Assembly: GCA_002104905.1 (NCBI GenBank)
Contig: MCFE01000643.1
Span: forward strand, 1-50,203
DNA length: 50,203 nucleotides
DNA from: Basidiobolus meristosporus CBS 931.73
Lineage: Eukaryota; Fungi; Basidiobolomycota
Direction: 5' to 3'
Shown: positions 1-12,244 of the stretch, one piece after another
How the letters are laid out: every line of letters starts with the position of its first letter
How positions within the stretch are numbered: position 1 is the first letter of the stretch
The notes under the pieces: generated by a model
Databases searched by the model: none
What the model was told of the DNA's origin: nothing
What the model saw: the letters and a program-made list of their open reading frames with translations, nothing else
Program-made: the position numbers and the translations under genes

Positions 1-117
1 CTGATAATATGGGCAAAAGAAGAATGGGATAATACTGATAAGATAAAATATGGATAAGTATATCATAATGACTATATGAATAAACTTGTCTGTGGGAGGT
101 ATGTTTACCCTACCACA
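1..117 (-). mobile_element. Terminus of an LTR related to family X, inserted in PHIS copy 1
   Basis: The reverse complement starts TGTGGTAGGGT and loosely resembles the X terminus at 9005 (TGTAGTGGGGT...TTATCCCATT). Similarity to the PHIS element resumes at 118 (GCGTGCCAGC). Confidence 0.4.
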
Positions 118-1418
118 GCGTGCCAGCATACATCAGTCTAAACTACCCCAATACCCTTCACAAGAGTGCCCCACATTGACTCAATGCATATTGGATGAAT
201 GCCTGCGCCTCAGAGCAAAACCACCAGAACCCGCCAAACTGCGCAAAAAGACACAAGTCCATTGGAGCGGGCCAAGTTGCATCAACAAGCGGCATCACAT
301 CAAACTCAGCCAAGGGCCATGCCAGTGCATCAAGTTGCATCTGCATGTGCCATTACACCTGACCATCAGCAAATTTCTTCTGGTGAACTGACTGATGATG
401 ACCCACATGAAGTGCCTCCAGTACCAGAGCCTTTGGCAAGTAAAAGAACGCATCAGCATGTAGCACTGCAGGCTGGCTCAGTTGCATCATCCGGAGCAAT
501 TCAGCATGGCCAAGCTGCAGCATCACACTCATCAACTAGGTGGCAAAATACTGACTACAAATACACAAATAGCTAAGAGGATAGTCAACAAGAAAGTAGT
601 TTAGGTGTGCAAAGTGAATCACTACCAAATGCTTCAGTAGTAATCCCTGTAAGAAAAAAGCCTAGGAGAAGATGATGCAATTGCATTGAATTGCTATTAT
701 TTGTAATGATCCAAACAACACATTTTTGTTTGCAATCTACATCAAGCCATTGCAAATCAGTGATCACTAAATTTTTGATATAAGCAATATTAAGGTTGTC
801 TCACATTTGAGACAGGACCCCTATAAATAAACACCCTGCATATTTATACATCATCCGTGGCACCAGTACAGCCATTTGATCTGATTTGCACCCATACAAT
901 TGGTGAGTGCTAGCTATGACACCTTGTCAAATCACTAGGATCAGGGATTTACTTGCTTAATGGGCAAAACAGTATATTTGATGGCAAATCATGTAGCTTG
1001 TGTATTGGTCAAAGAGCCAATTGGGGGCTGAAAGCTTCAGGATACTTTTAGACCAATTAACCACTGAGATACCATCCAATTGGAGTGATAGTAGCCAAAA
1101 TGGTAAGTATCAGTGTAGTTTATAGTGTGATACGCATTTATTTCCATTTACATTAAAGAAACAAATCCAAATACCGGATTTTACCTACCATGATAGCGGT
1201 ATCCAATTGCGCACATGATGCAAACATTACAAGTGGGCACAATCATGTGTGCCAACTTCATTGTGTTAGATTGTGCCATAGTGTGCAAGATTGTCCCACA
1301 TGGTGCAAAATTGTCCAGGAGCAATCCTGCCTACTGGTAGCTACAATATTGCACCCAATTGTTCTTAGAGATTGCAGATTGCACTGCACACCCTGGCATG
1401 GTACAGTGGAACAAGTCT
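118..1418 (-). mobile_element. PHIS/Harbinger-type DNA transposon, copy 1 (partial: 3' half of the accessory gene plus TIR)
   Basis: ORF 199..576 is near-identical to ORFs 6025..6654(-) and 34305..34781(+). The copy ends in CAGTGGAACAAGTCT (1404-1418), followed by AAT (1419-1421). Confidence 0.85.
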
Positions 1419-1766
1419 AATATATTGCATCAGAGTCTTGTTGTGAGGCTGTTGAAATACCGTCAAGTTTCTTGTCATATAAGGCAATCAGATGTCCTGG
1501 CCAGTTATATCCATTTAAAATAGTTGTAGAATGCAATAAGACTATAACAATACCATGCATTTATCATCACAGCACCAATCAAATCTTGTCAAGTTTTATC
1601 ACTTTATTTGGTAGTAAAATTAGCAAAACGCCATTGTGATCCTGTCATAAGATTGTTAAGAGGGTCACTAATTCCAAGCTGCTAGTCTTATGATGGTCTC
1701 CTAATGGCATCCTAATGGCTGATCTGGATTGGGTCCACCTACAGGACCAAATTATTTTTCATAGGG
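1419..1766 (+). mobile_element. CACTA/CMC element, right end (copy b)
   Basis: Matches ~44600-44947 and ends in the TIR AATTATTTTTCATAGGG at 1766. It abuts the transposase interior of another copy of the same family. Confidence 0.85.
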
Positions 1767-3879
1767 TAATGTGTGTGAGTTATGGAGTAAGTCCCCTGGA
1801 TCTCACACATCTAACAGCAGTAGTGTTGATTGTGCCCAGAAAAGCTGGCTATCTTACCAATGGCTGGGGTATCTCCAATGCAGATAATAATAAGTGTGTT
1901 AACATGACAGCCATTTACTGTTATCCTGCTGGAAAGCATAAAAAGTCATCCAGCAATGGATACAGGTAGCTATCCAAGTTAGACAATGATTTAGGCCTAG
2001 ATACCACTGAGAATACCATCAGATTTCTGCTCCAGTACCTTAAGATAGTAAGCAAACTCAGGTTGGTGAGAATCAATGGCAATCAGGATTTGCTGATAGT
2101 GTATTTGTTTAATGAGAATCCATCAGATGCCAAGGCAAAGGCATTGTCATACATATCTTCAAAATAGCCCATACTTCTTAGCTGTTTGTAATTTTTGCCA
2201 ATTGATATATTGGATATGCTTGCACTTGACTGATACTGAGTGTGGTACTTTATAACTTCACAATATTTGTTGGACTATATGAGCTTATTTAGAATTGGTA
2301 TTACTAAAATTACCAGGAGTGTGAATCATGTTTTCCTTGTATGGCAGTGGATTCCTGACAAGTTGGACACCTTGCAATGGTGGCATTTTCTGATGCAAAT
2401 GCCATGCAACTCTTTATGCATGCTGGTATCAGAATGGTCTTTGGGCCATATGTTGCCACTTGCTTGATGGATTCCCATTTGTACCAAATACAGGGTAAGT
2501 TGTATGTAAGATGCTTTTGGCAGGTAGCAGGGGTAAATCCCCCATGCCCCCATAACTAATATTGGTGGAGATATGCCGCTTCTCCAGCCACAAAGCTCCT
2601 TCATTCCAAAGTAAATGGATTACTGGGTTTACTTGATTCCATAAAGTATACTTGACACCTTTTTCCATAGGTGTTGTCTCATTGAGCATTGGGATCTTAA
2701 CAGGTTCATGCAGGGTACTGCTGTGAGGGGATATAGGCTCACCATCAATTAGTGATACTTCTTCACAGCTATAACAATGGGCACTGTATTTAGAAGGGTG
2801 AGGTGAGCTAAGAGTATACAGTGGCCTGCAAGATACTGCTGTTGCAGTGGTAACAAATGAATGTTAAATACTACTTGTGTGGCAAACCACTGGACACGAT
2901 TGAATAAGATTTCCTAGCCTATATTGGTGCTTATAGCTGAGAGGCTTGTTCCAATAGCTGTATGTTTGTTTTTCCCTTCTCCAACAGCATTGAAGTAAAG
3001 TAGTCTTGTCCATTGGTCAAACAGCTGGATAATCAGCTATTTATTGCAGTTATATCATTTTGTTGTGGCTACTTGTTGGATTTTAAGAAAATATTGTACT
3101 TGAAACATAGCACTTACATGATTGTAAGACTCAATGATGACCCACTGCAGCTAGCATTATAGGTAAAGTTTTGTCACCACATACACACATATGTAACACT
3201 ATCTCCTATTTAATTTAATTTACTATCATATATATGCCACCAATAAATAAAGCAAAGTTGTCTAGTTCATCACCAAACCTCACCTCAATCAGCAGCAGAA
3301 AAACAGTTGGGCAAAAGCTTGCTCTGATATTCAATGCAACAAGCAGGGCAACATTCAAAATGGCATTGTCAACAGTGTGCCCACTGAAGGTAAAGATACA
3401 GGCTCCTCAGGCTCCCAGTCAAGTAGCAAATGGGAATATAGCAAATGTGGTACCTTTGGTTGAAGACTGGCAAGTAGCCATCACAACATCACCACCACCT
3501 ATGCTGGCAAGTATGCTGCTAATTCATACCAGAATATTTATGAGGTAATTAGGTGTAGTGGCTGACAAGATAGGTGCAATTACCCAGAGAAGCTGGGAAA
3601 AAGTCCAGATATAGGATGAGTGGAAAGTATGTATAAAACAACCAATATCACAGGTAGAGAACACAGTATATAGGGTACAAAGAAGGAACTCAAGTGGCTC
3701 AGTGTTACAGCCAAGAATTGAGCCATTTCCCAATGTGGCAGCAGTGGAACACTATGCAGTCTTTGAGGCACAACCATTGTGCCCAAAGATAAAGCCCACA
3801 GAAGGATCAATCCTAGCATGAGAGGAAGAGACTGTGGTGTTTATACCCAAGCCTAAAAAGCAAAAGATGTTGAAGATCC
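1767..3879 (-). mobile_element. CACTA/CMC element, copy a (N-terminal tnp2 on -, start of accessory gene on +); continues at 12064-12244
   Basis: Reverse complement of ~41330-43550. ORF 3234..3548 is the accessory gene N-terminus. The copy is split by Copia A at a GATCC TSD. Confidence 0.85.
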
Positions 3880-4226
3880 TGTTGTAAAAATTTGTATTTC
3901 TACCTAAATATTCACCTAACTTAGTCACTTGGATCATTAACTTCACATCCTAGAAAATATTGACCAAATTCCTTTTTGGGATTTACTTAGAATATTTTCA
4001 CCAAAATGCCAGGTACCCTGAACATGAAAATTCTCAAAGTTGTCCAAACAACCCCAAACTTTGCACACATGCTCTTGGGACCTTCCTTAACCTATTCCAT
4101 ATGTTTGTAATGCCAAGACCAGCTAAATGTATAAATACTACTTTTACATTCAATAAATCATTAAGTGAAAACCACATAATCTACTTGTCCTCCCAGTCAC
4201 TTCCAATATCTCCAAGACTTACAACA
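3880..4226 (+). repeat. Copia A 5' LTR
   Basis: Direct repeat of 11715-12063 with about 15 substitutions by hand count. It has TG...CA ends and an AATAAA. Confidence 0.97.
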
Positions 4227-4241
4227 GGTTATGAGCCCCAA
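4227..4241 (+). promoter_or_regulatory. Copia primer-binding site (GGTTATGAGCCCCAA)
   Basis: Lies immediately 3' of the LTR and resembles the copia-type GGTTATGGGCCCAG PBS, which pairs with an internal tRNA-iMet segment. Confidence 0.8.
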
Positions 4242-4257
4242 GCTGTTACTCTCTGCA

Positions 4258-4685
4258 ATGTCTACTACTGCTATTACTGGAATTTTTCCCTCTGCTGAAA
4301 AGTTGGATGGATCTAACTACCAAGTGTGGAAGGTGAAGTTGAAGGTGCTGCTACAAGAAAGAGGCCTTTGGGATATTGTCATGGGAGAAGAATGCCCCCC
4401 TAAAAATGTGGGAGAGGAAGCCTTGAAGTACCAGAAGAAAGAACAAAGTGCCTTTAACTGCATTTGCCTTGATGTTAAAGACAAGTTGCTAATTCTATGC
4501 TCAAGAGCAAAAACAGCAAAGAATGCCTGGAAGGCATTAGAAGACACCTACCAGTCATGTTCAGCTACTAAGAAAATGTATCTGAGAAAAAAATTCTTTA
4601 CTACAAAGATGTTGCCTGAAGAAGAAATGAAAAATCTAATTAACAGTATTACCCTGCTGGTAGATGAGATGGAATCTGTGGCCAT
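4258..4685 (+). pseudogene. gag: Copia A gag N-terminus, cut by the LTR-X insertion
   Basis: EKLDGSNYQVWKVKLKVLLQERGLW and LCSRAKTAKNAWKALEDTY are Copia gag-type motifs. The ORF tail after 4685 reads into foreign DNA. Confidence 0.9.
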
Positions 4686-6024
4686 TGTGGTGGTGTATAA
4701 GCCCAAGGGAGAGATAGGTCCAACACTTCTTAAGTGTTTTGTGTGTGGGGTGTTCACTGGGTGCAATAACCTCTGGCAAACGCTGGCTAGGAATACTTGG
4801 GTTCTGTCTCTAATCTAATGTGATGGGGAATAAAGCCACAAGCTTGTCAAGGGAAAACTATTGAGCTACAATCCCCAACTTGGTTGGCATCTTAACAGAA
4901 GTATGTGCTGGGTTCAGCATCCTTTGAGATGACAATGTACTAAAGCTTCCAAAGTCAAAACAACTGTAAACTCTACAAGCCGGGACTTGATAAGAATGCA
5001 GCTGTGGTTAATAGTTACAAAGACAGAAAAGTATCTTTGCCTGTACAAGAACAAACTTAGGAAAGAATCAAATATAATAAAAGATAGGTACTCTGAGTAT
5101 TTCTCACAAGTAGTGCCTCCAAGGTCAGTTGGCTGTTAGCATGGTTTCATGGGAGTGTCCTGTGGTCTGGGGTTGGAAGTTCAGGTGGCAGCAGGTAGCA
5201 GCAATCACACTAATCAACAAGTTGGAATATTGAGAAAAGGGATGACGATTTATTGTTGAGGGATAGCCTCCCTTATATACTAGACTTGTTCCATTGTACC
5301 ATGCCAGGGTGCGCGGTGCAATCCGCGGTTGTAAAGAACAATTGGGTGCAATATTATAGCTATCAGAAGGCAGGATTGTTCTTGGACAATTTTGCACTAT
5401 GCGGGACAATCTCGCACACTATGGCACAATCTGACACAATGAGGTTGGCATGGATGATTGCGCCAACTTGTAATGTTTGCATCACATGCGCAATTGAATA
5501 CCGCTATTATGGCAGGTAAAATCCGGTATTTGGATATGTTTCTTTAATGTAAATGGAAATGAATGTGTATCACACTATAAACTACACTGATACTTACCAT
5601 TTTGGTTACCCTCACTCCAATTGGATGGTATCTCAGTGGTTAATTGGTCCAAAAGTATCCTGAAGCTGGCAGCCCCCAATTGGCTCATTGACTACTGAAA
5701 AAGCTACCTGATTTGCCATCAAATATCCCATTTTGCCCATTGAGCAAGTAAATCCCTGATCCAAGTGATTGGACAAGGTGTCATAGCTAGCACGCAAGCA
5801 ATTGTGTAGGTGCAAAACAGATCCAATAGCTGCACTGGTATTACAGATGATGTATATATATGCAGGGTGTTTATTTACAGGGGTTCTGTCTCAAATGTGA
5901 GACAACCTTAATATTACTTATATCAAAAATTTGATGATCACTGATTTGCAATGGCTTGATTTGGATTGCAAAAAAAATGGGTTGTTGGGATCATTACAAA
6001 TGTGAGCAATTCAAAGCAATGGCA

Positions 6025-7287
6025 TCATCTCTCCTGGGTTTTTTTTCTCACAGGGATTACTACTGAAGCATTTGGTAGTGGCTCACTTTGCACACCTATA
6101 CTACTTCCTGGCTGACTATCATCTTGGCTACTTGTGTATTTGTAGTCAGTATTTTGCCTCCTAGTTGATGAGTGCGATGCTGCAGCTTGGCCGCGCTGAA
6201 TTGCTCTGACTGAACCAACTGAACCAGCCTGTAGTGCCACGTACTGACGCATTCTTTTACTTGCCAAGGGCTCCGGTGGTTGAGGCACTTCATGTTGGTC
6301 ATCATCAGTCAGTTCACCAGAAGTAACTTGCTGATGGTCAGGCAAAACAGCACACGCATGCACACCTTGATGCATTGAGATGGCCCTTGGCTGAGTTTGA
6401 TGAGATGCTGCATGTTGACGCAACTTGGTCCGCTCCAATGGACTTGTGTCTAAATGAGCAGTTTGGCAAGTTCTTGTAGTTTTGCTCTGAAGCACGTGCG
6501 TTGACCCAACACACGTTGACTCAATGCGCATTGACTTGATGCGGGGCGTTCTGGTAAAGGGTGTTGGCGTGGTCTGGACTGATGTGTGCTGGCGCGCTGT
6601 GGTTGCAAGAGATGGTAGGGAATCCAGCAAGGCGTGCTGGCGCAATCTGGACAATGTTGCTTGCGGTCTGTTTTCTTCCTCCTGAAGCCCACCATCTGAT
6701 TCCTGAAGGTACTCACTTACCCTCTGTCTGATACTTTGGAGCTATTGCCTGGATGAGTCCTGTGTATATTGCTCTTGGAAGCCACTTAGCTCTACTAATA
6801 TATCACATAGTACATTAGTCATTTGAGGCACAAACTCATTCAAAATCTCTTTGGTTCCCAAAGTTGAGGCACAAACGGACGCGTCCGGCCCATATTGTGC
6901 AAATTGTGCGCAAAATTGTTCCTGCACGGCTTCTTTGTCAAATCCCCTCACTCTCAGCTCATTCTTGATTTCAATACTTATATTGTTATATATCTTTTTA
7001 CATACATATGCTGGCATCTTGATGTAGAACTCATGCCACAGCTTTCTACTCAAATTCTTCCATCTTTGTTGACTCTCTGAGGTATCTAGTTCTGCTAGAT
7101 TAATCAGTAGTGACCAAATATCTGTATGAAGGCTCATCATAGACACTTGGGCCATACTAAAATCATTTGGCAAGAACTCAAGCGGATCCAACATCAACTT
7201 TTCTGGTCCGGACCATGCTTGTGAGCTGGGGGATGGGTTTTGTCTGAGTTGTACTAAAGATGAGTTGAGGCTTGGTATGGGGACCAT
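6025..7287 (-). pseudogene. PHIS accessory gene, probable Myb/SANT (trihelix/MADF-like) DNA-binding protein
   Basis: ORFs 6742..7287 and 6025..6654 are in frame and separated by one TAG, which is CAG in copy 3 (33704). The tryptophan pattern AWSGPEKLML...IWSLL...QQRWKNLSRK resembles Myb-like trihelix domains. Confidence 0.65.
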
Positions 7288-7646
7288 AGCAACAGATTTG
7301 GATATGTATACAGCAGTATATTGGCATCAACCTGGTCTTATATGAAATATATATGAAAACTAATGTGATTGTTGAATTTTCCATATATTATGCATGATGC
7401 ATCTTAGATTGCATTAACACGGATCTGATCACATCAATTGCAGATTTCCTATTTGATTATAGACCTATGATTAAAGCATCAATAAAAGTACCAAGGCATT
7501 GTTTGCGGATGATTTTTGCAACATAATGATGGGATACATGGCAATCGATGGAGATTTAACCATAATGTATTAAAAATCAGATAAATACCGCAGATTGCGC
7601 CAAATTGATTCAAACCGCCTCCATACAATCATCCATCAATTTTAAT

Positions 7647-8344
7647 ATGATTACTCATCTGAATGGTCTTTTCTCATCAATCCCATCACTACCACTGGGT
7701 TTCCTTTCAACACACTAGAGGAGATCTATTCCAAGTACTGTGGACCATCAACCCCAATCTACTCAAGGAGATCCCTTGTTAAGCTTCTCTGCTATAACAA
7801 GAACTATTGCCCTGCAAGGTTTCATCCCACCATCCATGGCAACAAAAGTCCTAGAAGCTTTCATTCCCAGCTGACAGCAATGGAAAACCACCTTGCAGAG
7901 GGTTTGAATGACTTAGAGCAAGCTTGGAATACTAGGTTCAGAAGCTCCAATAGACTTCCATATCCCAGTATGTTCAGCAACAGGTTCCATATCAGGAGTA
8001 TTTTGGATACCTTCCCAGTGAGGATTAACAGACCTTCTAGAGGGCAGAGGCACTTTTATTCCGGCAAGTACAAGGGACACTGTGCGAAGTTTCAAGCACT
8101 GTCTGACATTGAGGGTAACATCATCTGGTTTAGTGGGCCATTTGCTGGAAGTAGGCATGACAAAGCACTCTGGGTAGAGAATCATCCTGAATTCAGTAGA
8201 GGGGAGAAATGTATGGCAGACTTAGCCTATATAGGAGAAAACAGCAGAATAGGTAAAATAGTTAAGATACTTATTAATGCACAGTATGTTCATACAAGAC
8301 AACATCCACTGAGAGAAATGTGTCTCAAGCATTATGAAGAGTAA
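7647..8344 (+). pseudogene. DDE_Tnp_4 (Harbinger/IS5-like) transposase with an in-frame 186-bp deletion
   Basis: Motifs ILDTFPVRINRP, FYSGKYKGHCAKFQ, GSRHD and MADLAYIG are present. The frame stays open from ~7646 to the annotated ATG at 7880. The RVRVEHTFG segment seen in copy 3 is missing. Confidence 0.9.
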
Positions 8345-8440
8345 ATAAAGCAAGGAAAGCACTATTCTGAGCAACTTAAGTAAGATTGAGTAAAATTACC
8401 AGTAACTGTATCATACCACTGGCATCATGGTAGAAATTAT

Positions 8441-8510
8441 AGTGCCAGATAGTGCCATAGAGTGCCAGATCAATCCGGCACCATAAACCGGCTGGCACTA
8501 TGTGGCACTA
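8441..8510. repeat. Subterminal AGTGCCA / TGGCACT repeats of the PHIS element
   Basis: AGTGCCA occurs at 8441, 8451 and 8461, and inverted TGGCACTA at 8493 and 8503. A similar array lies at ~32280-32340. Confidence 0.85.
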
Positions 8511-9005
8511 TCCAACGGAACAAGTCTACTTTTCTTACTGGCTAGGTGATTACTAATCATGGTGTTCCAGAAGGTTCCGGATATCAATAGAAATCTTAAT
8601 GACATCAGAATGACCTAATAATGTTCTAAGTAGGTGCCAAAAGGTTCTAAGCGGCACAGCACATCCAACCAATCAGGAATCGGTATTCTGAAACATGTGT
8701 AACATAGGGATACCATATATGTTATGGAAATGGTAGGGTTGGTGACATGGGTTGACCATGTGCCATGGGTACTGGCACAGGTATTTGCCTAATATAGAAG
8801 TACTTATAGCTAGTAATCTTACATAAGGTGAGGGGTAACTTTTGCAATAAGGTAAGCAGGTGTGATAGTCTACTGGCTTATGGGATAGTACTGATCAGGT
8901 AAGACAAATGGGATAAAACTAAAATAAGTGTAGTAGAGATATAGGGAAGTAAAAAATATGGGAATGAGCACATCTGTCAGCGGGTGTCACTGTCACCCCA
9001 CTACA

Positions 9006-11703
9006 GCGTACTAACTACTGATGAGGATGTGAAAGTTACCATCCTGAATAGCCTGACAGATGGGTTTCAGGGCCTTGTATCAGCCCTAGAGTCCAGAACT
9101 GAAGACTTGACCTTAAATTACATATACAGAAGGCTCCTGGATGAAGAATTAAGAAAATCAAGCGCAAATTAGAAGGAAGAAGAAAATGCTTTAATAAGCA
9201 ACAATAACCAACAAAGGAGGTACCCAAAACCCTCCAAGGCAACAGCAACCTGTTTTGTAACTACTGCAAAAGGAAAGGACACACATCCAACTGGTGTCTC
9301 AAAAAGAAAGATAATCAGCAAAAGAAGCCTGAATATGGAAATGCTGCAACAACCAAAGATAGACTATTCACATCTGCACCAAATATGACCACAAACAAGG
9401 ATTCTCAAACGTGGTATATTGACTCTGGAGCATCTCTACACTTTACACACCAAAAAGAACTTTTTACCCAATATTAAGAAATTCTAATTAAGAAGGTTTT
9501 CATGGGTGACAATAGAATACTTGATGCAGTGGGAGAAGGAACTATCTAAGTGAACCTAAGAAGCAGTGAAGGAAGCCATACACTGACCTTCAAAGAGGTA
9601 CTCTATGTACCAGAAATAGCCAAAAACCTACTGTCTGTAAGCAAGGCCACTGCAGAAGGACTCAGATTCAGCTTTGACAATTCTGGATGCAAGAACACTG
9701 ATCAGAATTGTGCCTATATTGCTTCAGGTATCAGAGATCAGAATCTATATAAGTTGACTTAGATTCCAGCATATTTGGAAGCCAGTATAAGTAACTTAAA
9801 AGAAGAAACATCAATGCTTTGGCACAGGAGATTTGGGCACATCAATCTTGAATATTTGTGCAAAATGATCAAAGATCAGCTGATTTCTGGAGTAAAAGTT
9901 GATCCCCCAGCTAATTTGGAGCACTGTGAAGCCTGCATATATGGGAAACAAGCCAGATAACTGTTCAAGAGCTCTGGGTTAATTAAAACTAAGAAAAAAT
10001 TAGATCTAACTCACTCAGATCTGTGTGCACCTATGCAAAATTTATCCTTAGGTGGGATGAAGTATTTCATCACTCTTATTGCTGATTATACAAGATACAC
10101 ATGGGTCTACTTCATGGAGAGAAAGGAAGAAGCTCTGTCTAAGTTCAGGGAGTTTAAAGCCATGGTGGAGAGAGAAACTGGTGAAAAAATCAAGAAAATA
10201 TGCTCTGACAATGGTGGAGAATATACCTCAAAACTCTTCATCCTCTTCTGCAAAATTCATGGGATAAAGCAAGACACTACTGTAACATACTCCCCACAGC
10301 AAAATAGAATAGCAGAACATGCTAACAGATCAGTAACTGATATGGCAAGATCTATGATCCATGATCAAAAATTATCCTATGATTTTTGGGCGGAATCAGT
10401 TGCCACTGCTGTATATCTTAGAAATAGGAGTTATAACAGAATACTTTGTGATTCTACTCCATCTGAAGCATGGTATGGATACAGACCAAGTGCAGAACAT
10501 CTAAGAATATTTGTAATATATATGCCCTGATGGGTTTGATGACCAAGATAACCCCCATTTGGTCTGCAAGCTTAAAAAGTCACTATATGGTCTCAAACAA
10601 CCACCAAGAGCTTGGAATTGCAGGATAGATACTTATTTGGAATCATTGAGTTTCAAAAGGAGTAATGCTGACTATAGTATATACTATAAGCCAAATTGAG
10701 CAAGTCCAGCTCTATTAGCTCTATATGTGGATGATCTTATTATAGCCGCCAATAACCTAGAAACATTGGAAGAGACAAAATTCAGCCTATCTAAGGAGTT
10801 CAAGATGTCCAATCCAGGAGAACTCAGTTACTACTTAGGGACTAAGTTCTCCATAGACAGAAGTACCCAGAATATTACCCTAAGCCAATTCAAGTGTGTT
10901 CAAGATATACTAAAGAAGTACAAAATGGAAGACTGTAAACCAGCAGCTACCCCAATGGAGACAAACCTTAACTTGGTCAAAACTCAACCAAATCATGAGA
11001 GCTTGGTGCCATCTGAAAGCCCTGACTTTCCTTATCAATTTATGTTGACAGTCTGATGTATAGCATGCTTGGAACATGTCCAGATATCTCATATTCAGTG
11101 GGAGTTGTCAGCCAACATAATCAGAACTATGGATCTGATCATATTGCAGCAGTTAAGCAGATTTTTAGATACCTAAAAGGAACTGCTGATATCTGCTTAA
11201 TATACACTTATAAGGATTCAGAACAGGATCTTGTGGGATACTCTGATGCTGATTGGGGACAAAGTTTGGAAGACAGAAGATCCACCACAGGATTCACCTT
11301 TCTTGACCACAAAGGAGCAATTTCATGGAATTCAAGAAAGCAACCAACCATAGCACTTTCTACCACATAGGCAGAGTACATGGCAGCCTGTGAAGCTACA
11401 AAAGAAGCAATGTTGTTAAGAAAGCATTTTACAGATTTAGGCCTATGTCAAAAAATGCCTATTACTTTATTTCAAGATAATCAGGGATGTATACAATTAG
11501 GTAGAAATCCAACTTTTCATGCTAGAACCAAGCACATAGATATTAAACATCATTTCATACATGAAGCTATAGAGAATAACTTAGTCAGCTTAGTTTTCTG
11601 TCCTTCAGATGAAATGGTTGCAGACATATTTACCATACCATTAGCTAGAGACAAGCTTGAATATCTTAGGTCAAAATTAGGACTAGTCAGTATGAACATT
11701 TAG
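9006..11703 (+). pseudogene. pol: Copia A gag-pol remainder (zinc knuckle, PR, INT, partial RT, RNase H)
   Basis: Motifs WYIDSGAS, LWHRRFGH..HCEAC, SDNGGEY, PQQN, YVDDL, YSDADWG and RTKHIDIKHHF. There are several stops and a ~0.8 kb deletion at ~10515 relative to copy D. Confidence 0.95.
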
Positions 11704-11714
11704 CTGAGTGGGAG

Positions 11715-12063
11715 TGTTGTAAAAATTTGTATTTCCACCTAAATATTCACCTAACTTAGTCACTTAGATCATTAACTTCATATCCTAGAGAATATTGACC
11801 AAATTCCTTGTTGGGATTTACTTAGAATATTTTCACCAAAACACCAGGTACTCAGAACATGAAAATTCTCAAAGTCGTCCAAACAACCCCAAACTTTGCA
11901 CACATGCTCTTGGGACCTTCCTTAACCTATTCCACATGTTTGTAATGCCAAGACCAGCTAAATGTATAAATACTACTTTTACATTCAATAAATCATTAAG
12001 TGAAAACCACATAATCTACTTGTCCTCCCAATCACATCCAATATCTCCAAGACTATTATAACA
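11715..12063 (+). repeat. Copia A 3' LTR
   Basis: Follows the PPT GAGTGGGAG and is followed by the TSD GATCC. Confidence 0.97.
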
Positions 12064-12244
12064 GATCCATCAGGCAGTTGGGTTTAATGATGAAGTATGA
12101 GCCAACATACAAGTGGCCATTGGAAGTCTAGCTTAGCCTCACCTTAAGGCCGGTATACCACAGAACCATCAGGAACTCAAGGCCAAGCAGAATGAGCTTG
12201 ACCCATTCTGTGAGCATTATCCTAGATTCAAGCAAGCAAACAGA
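12064..12244 (+). pseudogene. Continuation of the CACTA copy a accessory gene
   Basis: Matches the reverse complement of ~41150-41330 (CACCTTAAGGCCGG...CAGGAACTCAAGGCCAAGCAGAATG). Confidence 0.8.

Larger units (their letters stand above)
5282..8527 (+). mobile_element. PHIS/Harbinger-type DNA transposon, copy 2 (both ends present)
   Basis: 15-bp TIRs AGACTTGTTCCATTG and CAACGGAACAAGTCT, with 3-bp TSD ACT (5279-5281 and 8528-8530). The empty site is visible in the other X copy near 17020-17050. Confidence 0.95.
4686..9005 (-). mobile_element. Solo LTR-like element X (~1.07 kb once the nested PHIS copy is removed)
   Basis: On the minus strand it runs TGTAGTGG...CCACCACA with TATA-like and AATAAA motifs. 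It interrupts Copia gag. A second copy at ~16850-17630 lacks the PHIS insert. The TSD is imperfect (CCAT / GCGT). Confidence 0.65.
3880..12063 (+). mobile_element. Ty1/Copia LTR retrotransposon, copy A (degenerate, with nested insertions)
   Basis: LTRs at 3880-4226 and 11715-12063 (TGTTG...CA), 5-bp TSD GATCC (3875-3879 and 12064-12068), PBS at 4227 and PPT at 11706-11714. Domain order is gag-PR-INT-RT-RNH. Confidence 0.97.

Noticed and set aside
3960-4298. Recurrent ~90-120 aa ORF (also 11795..12061, 45561..45914 and 46087..46446) as a conserved small gene
   Set aside because: It is simply the Copia LTR read through. Starts and stops vary between copies and there is no recognisable motif.
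4231-4818. 195-aa ORF as an intact protein
   Set aside because: It is a chimera of Copia gag and LTR-X sequence after 4685.
6690-6715. GTAAGT intron donor in the PHIS accessory gene
   Set aside because: The frame reads through this point without splicing once the single TAG is reverted.
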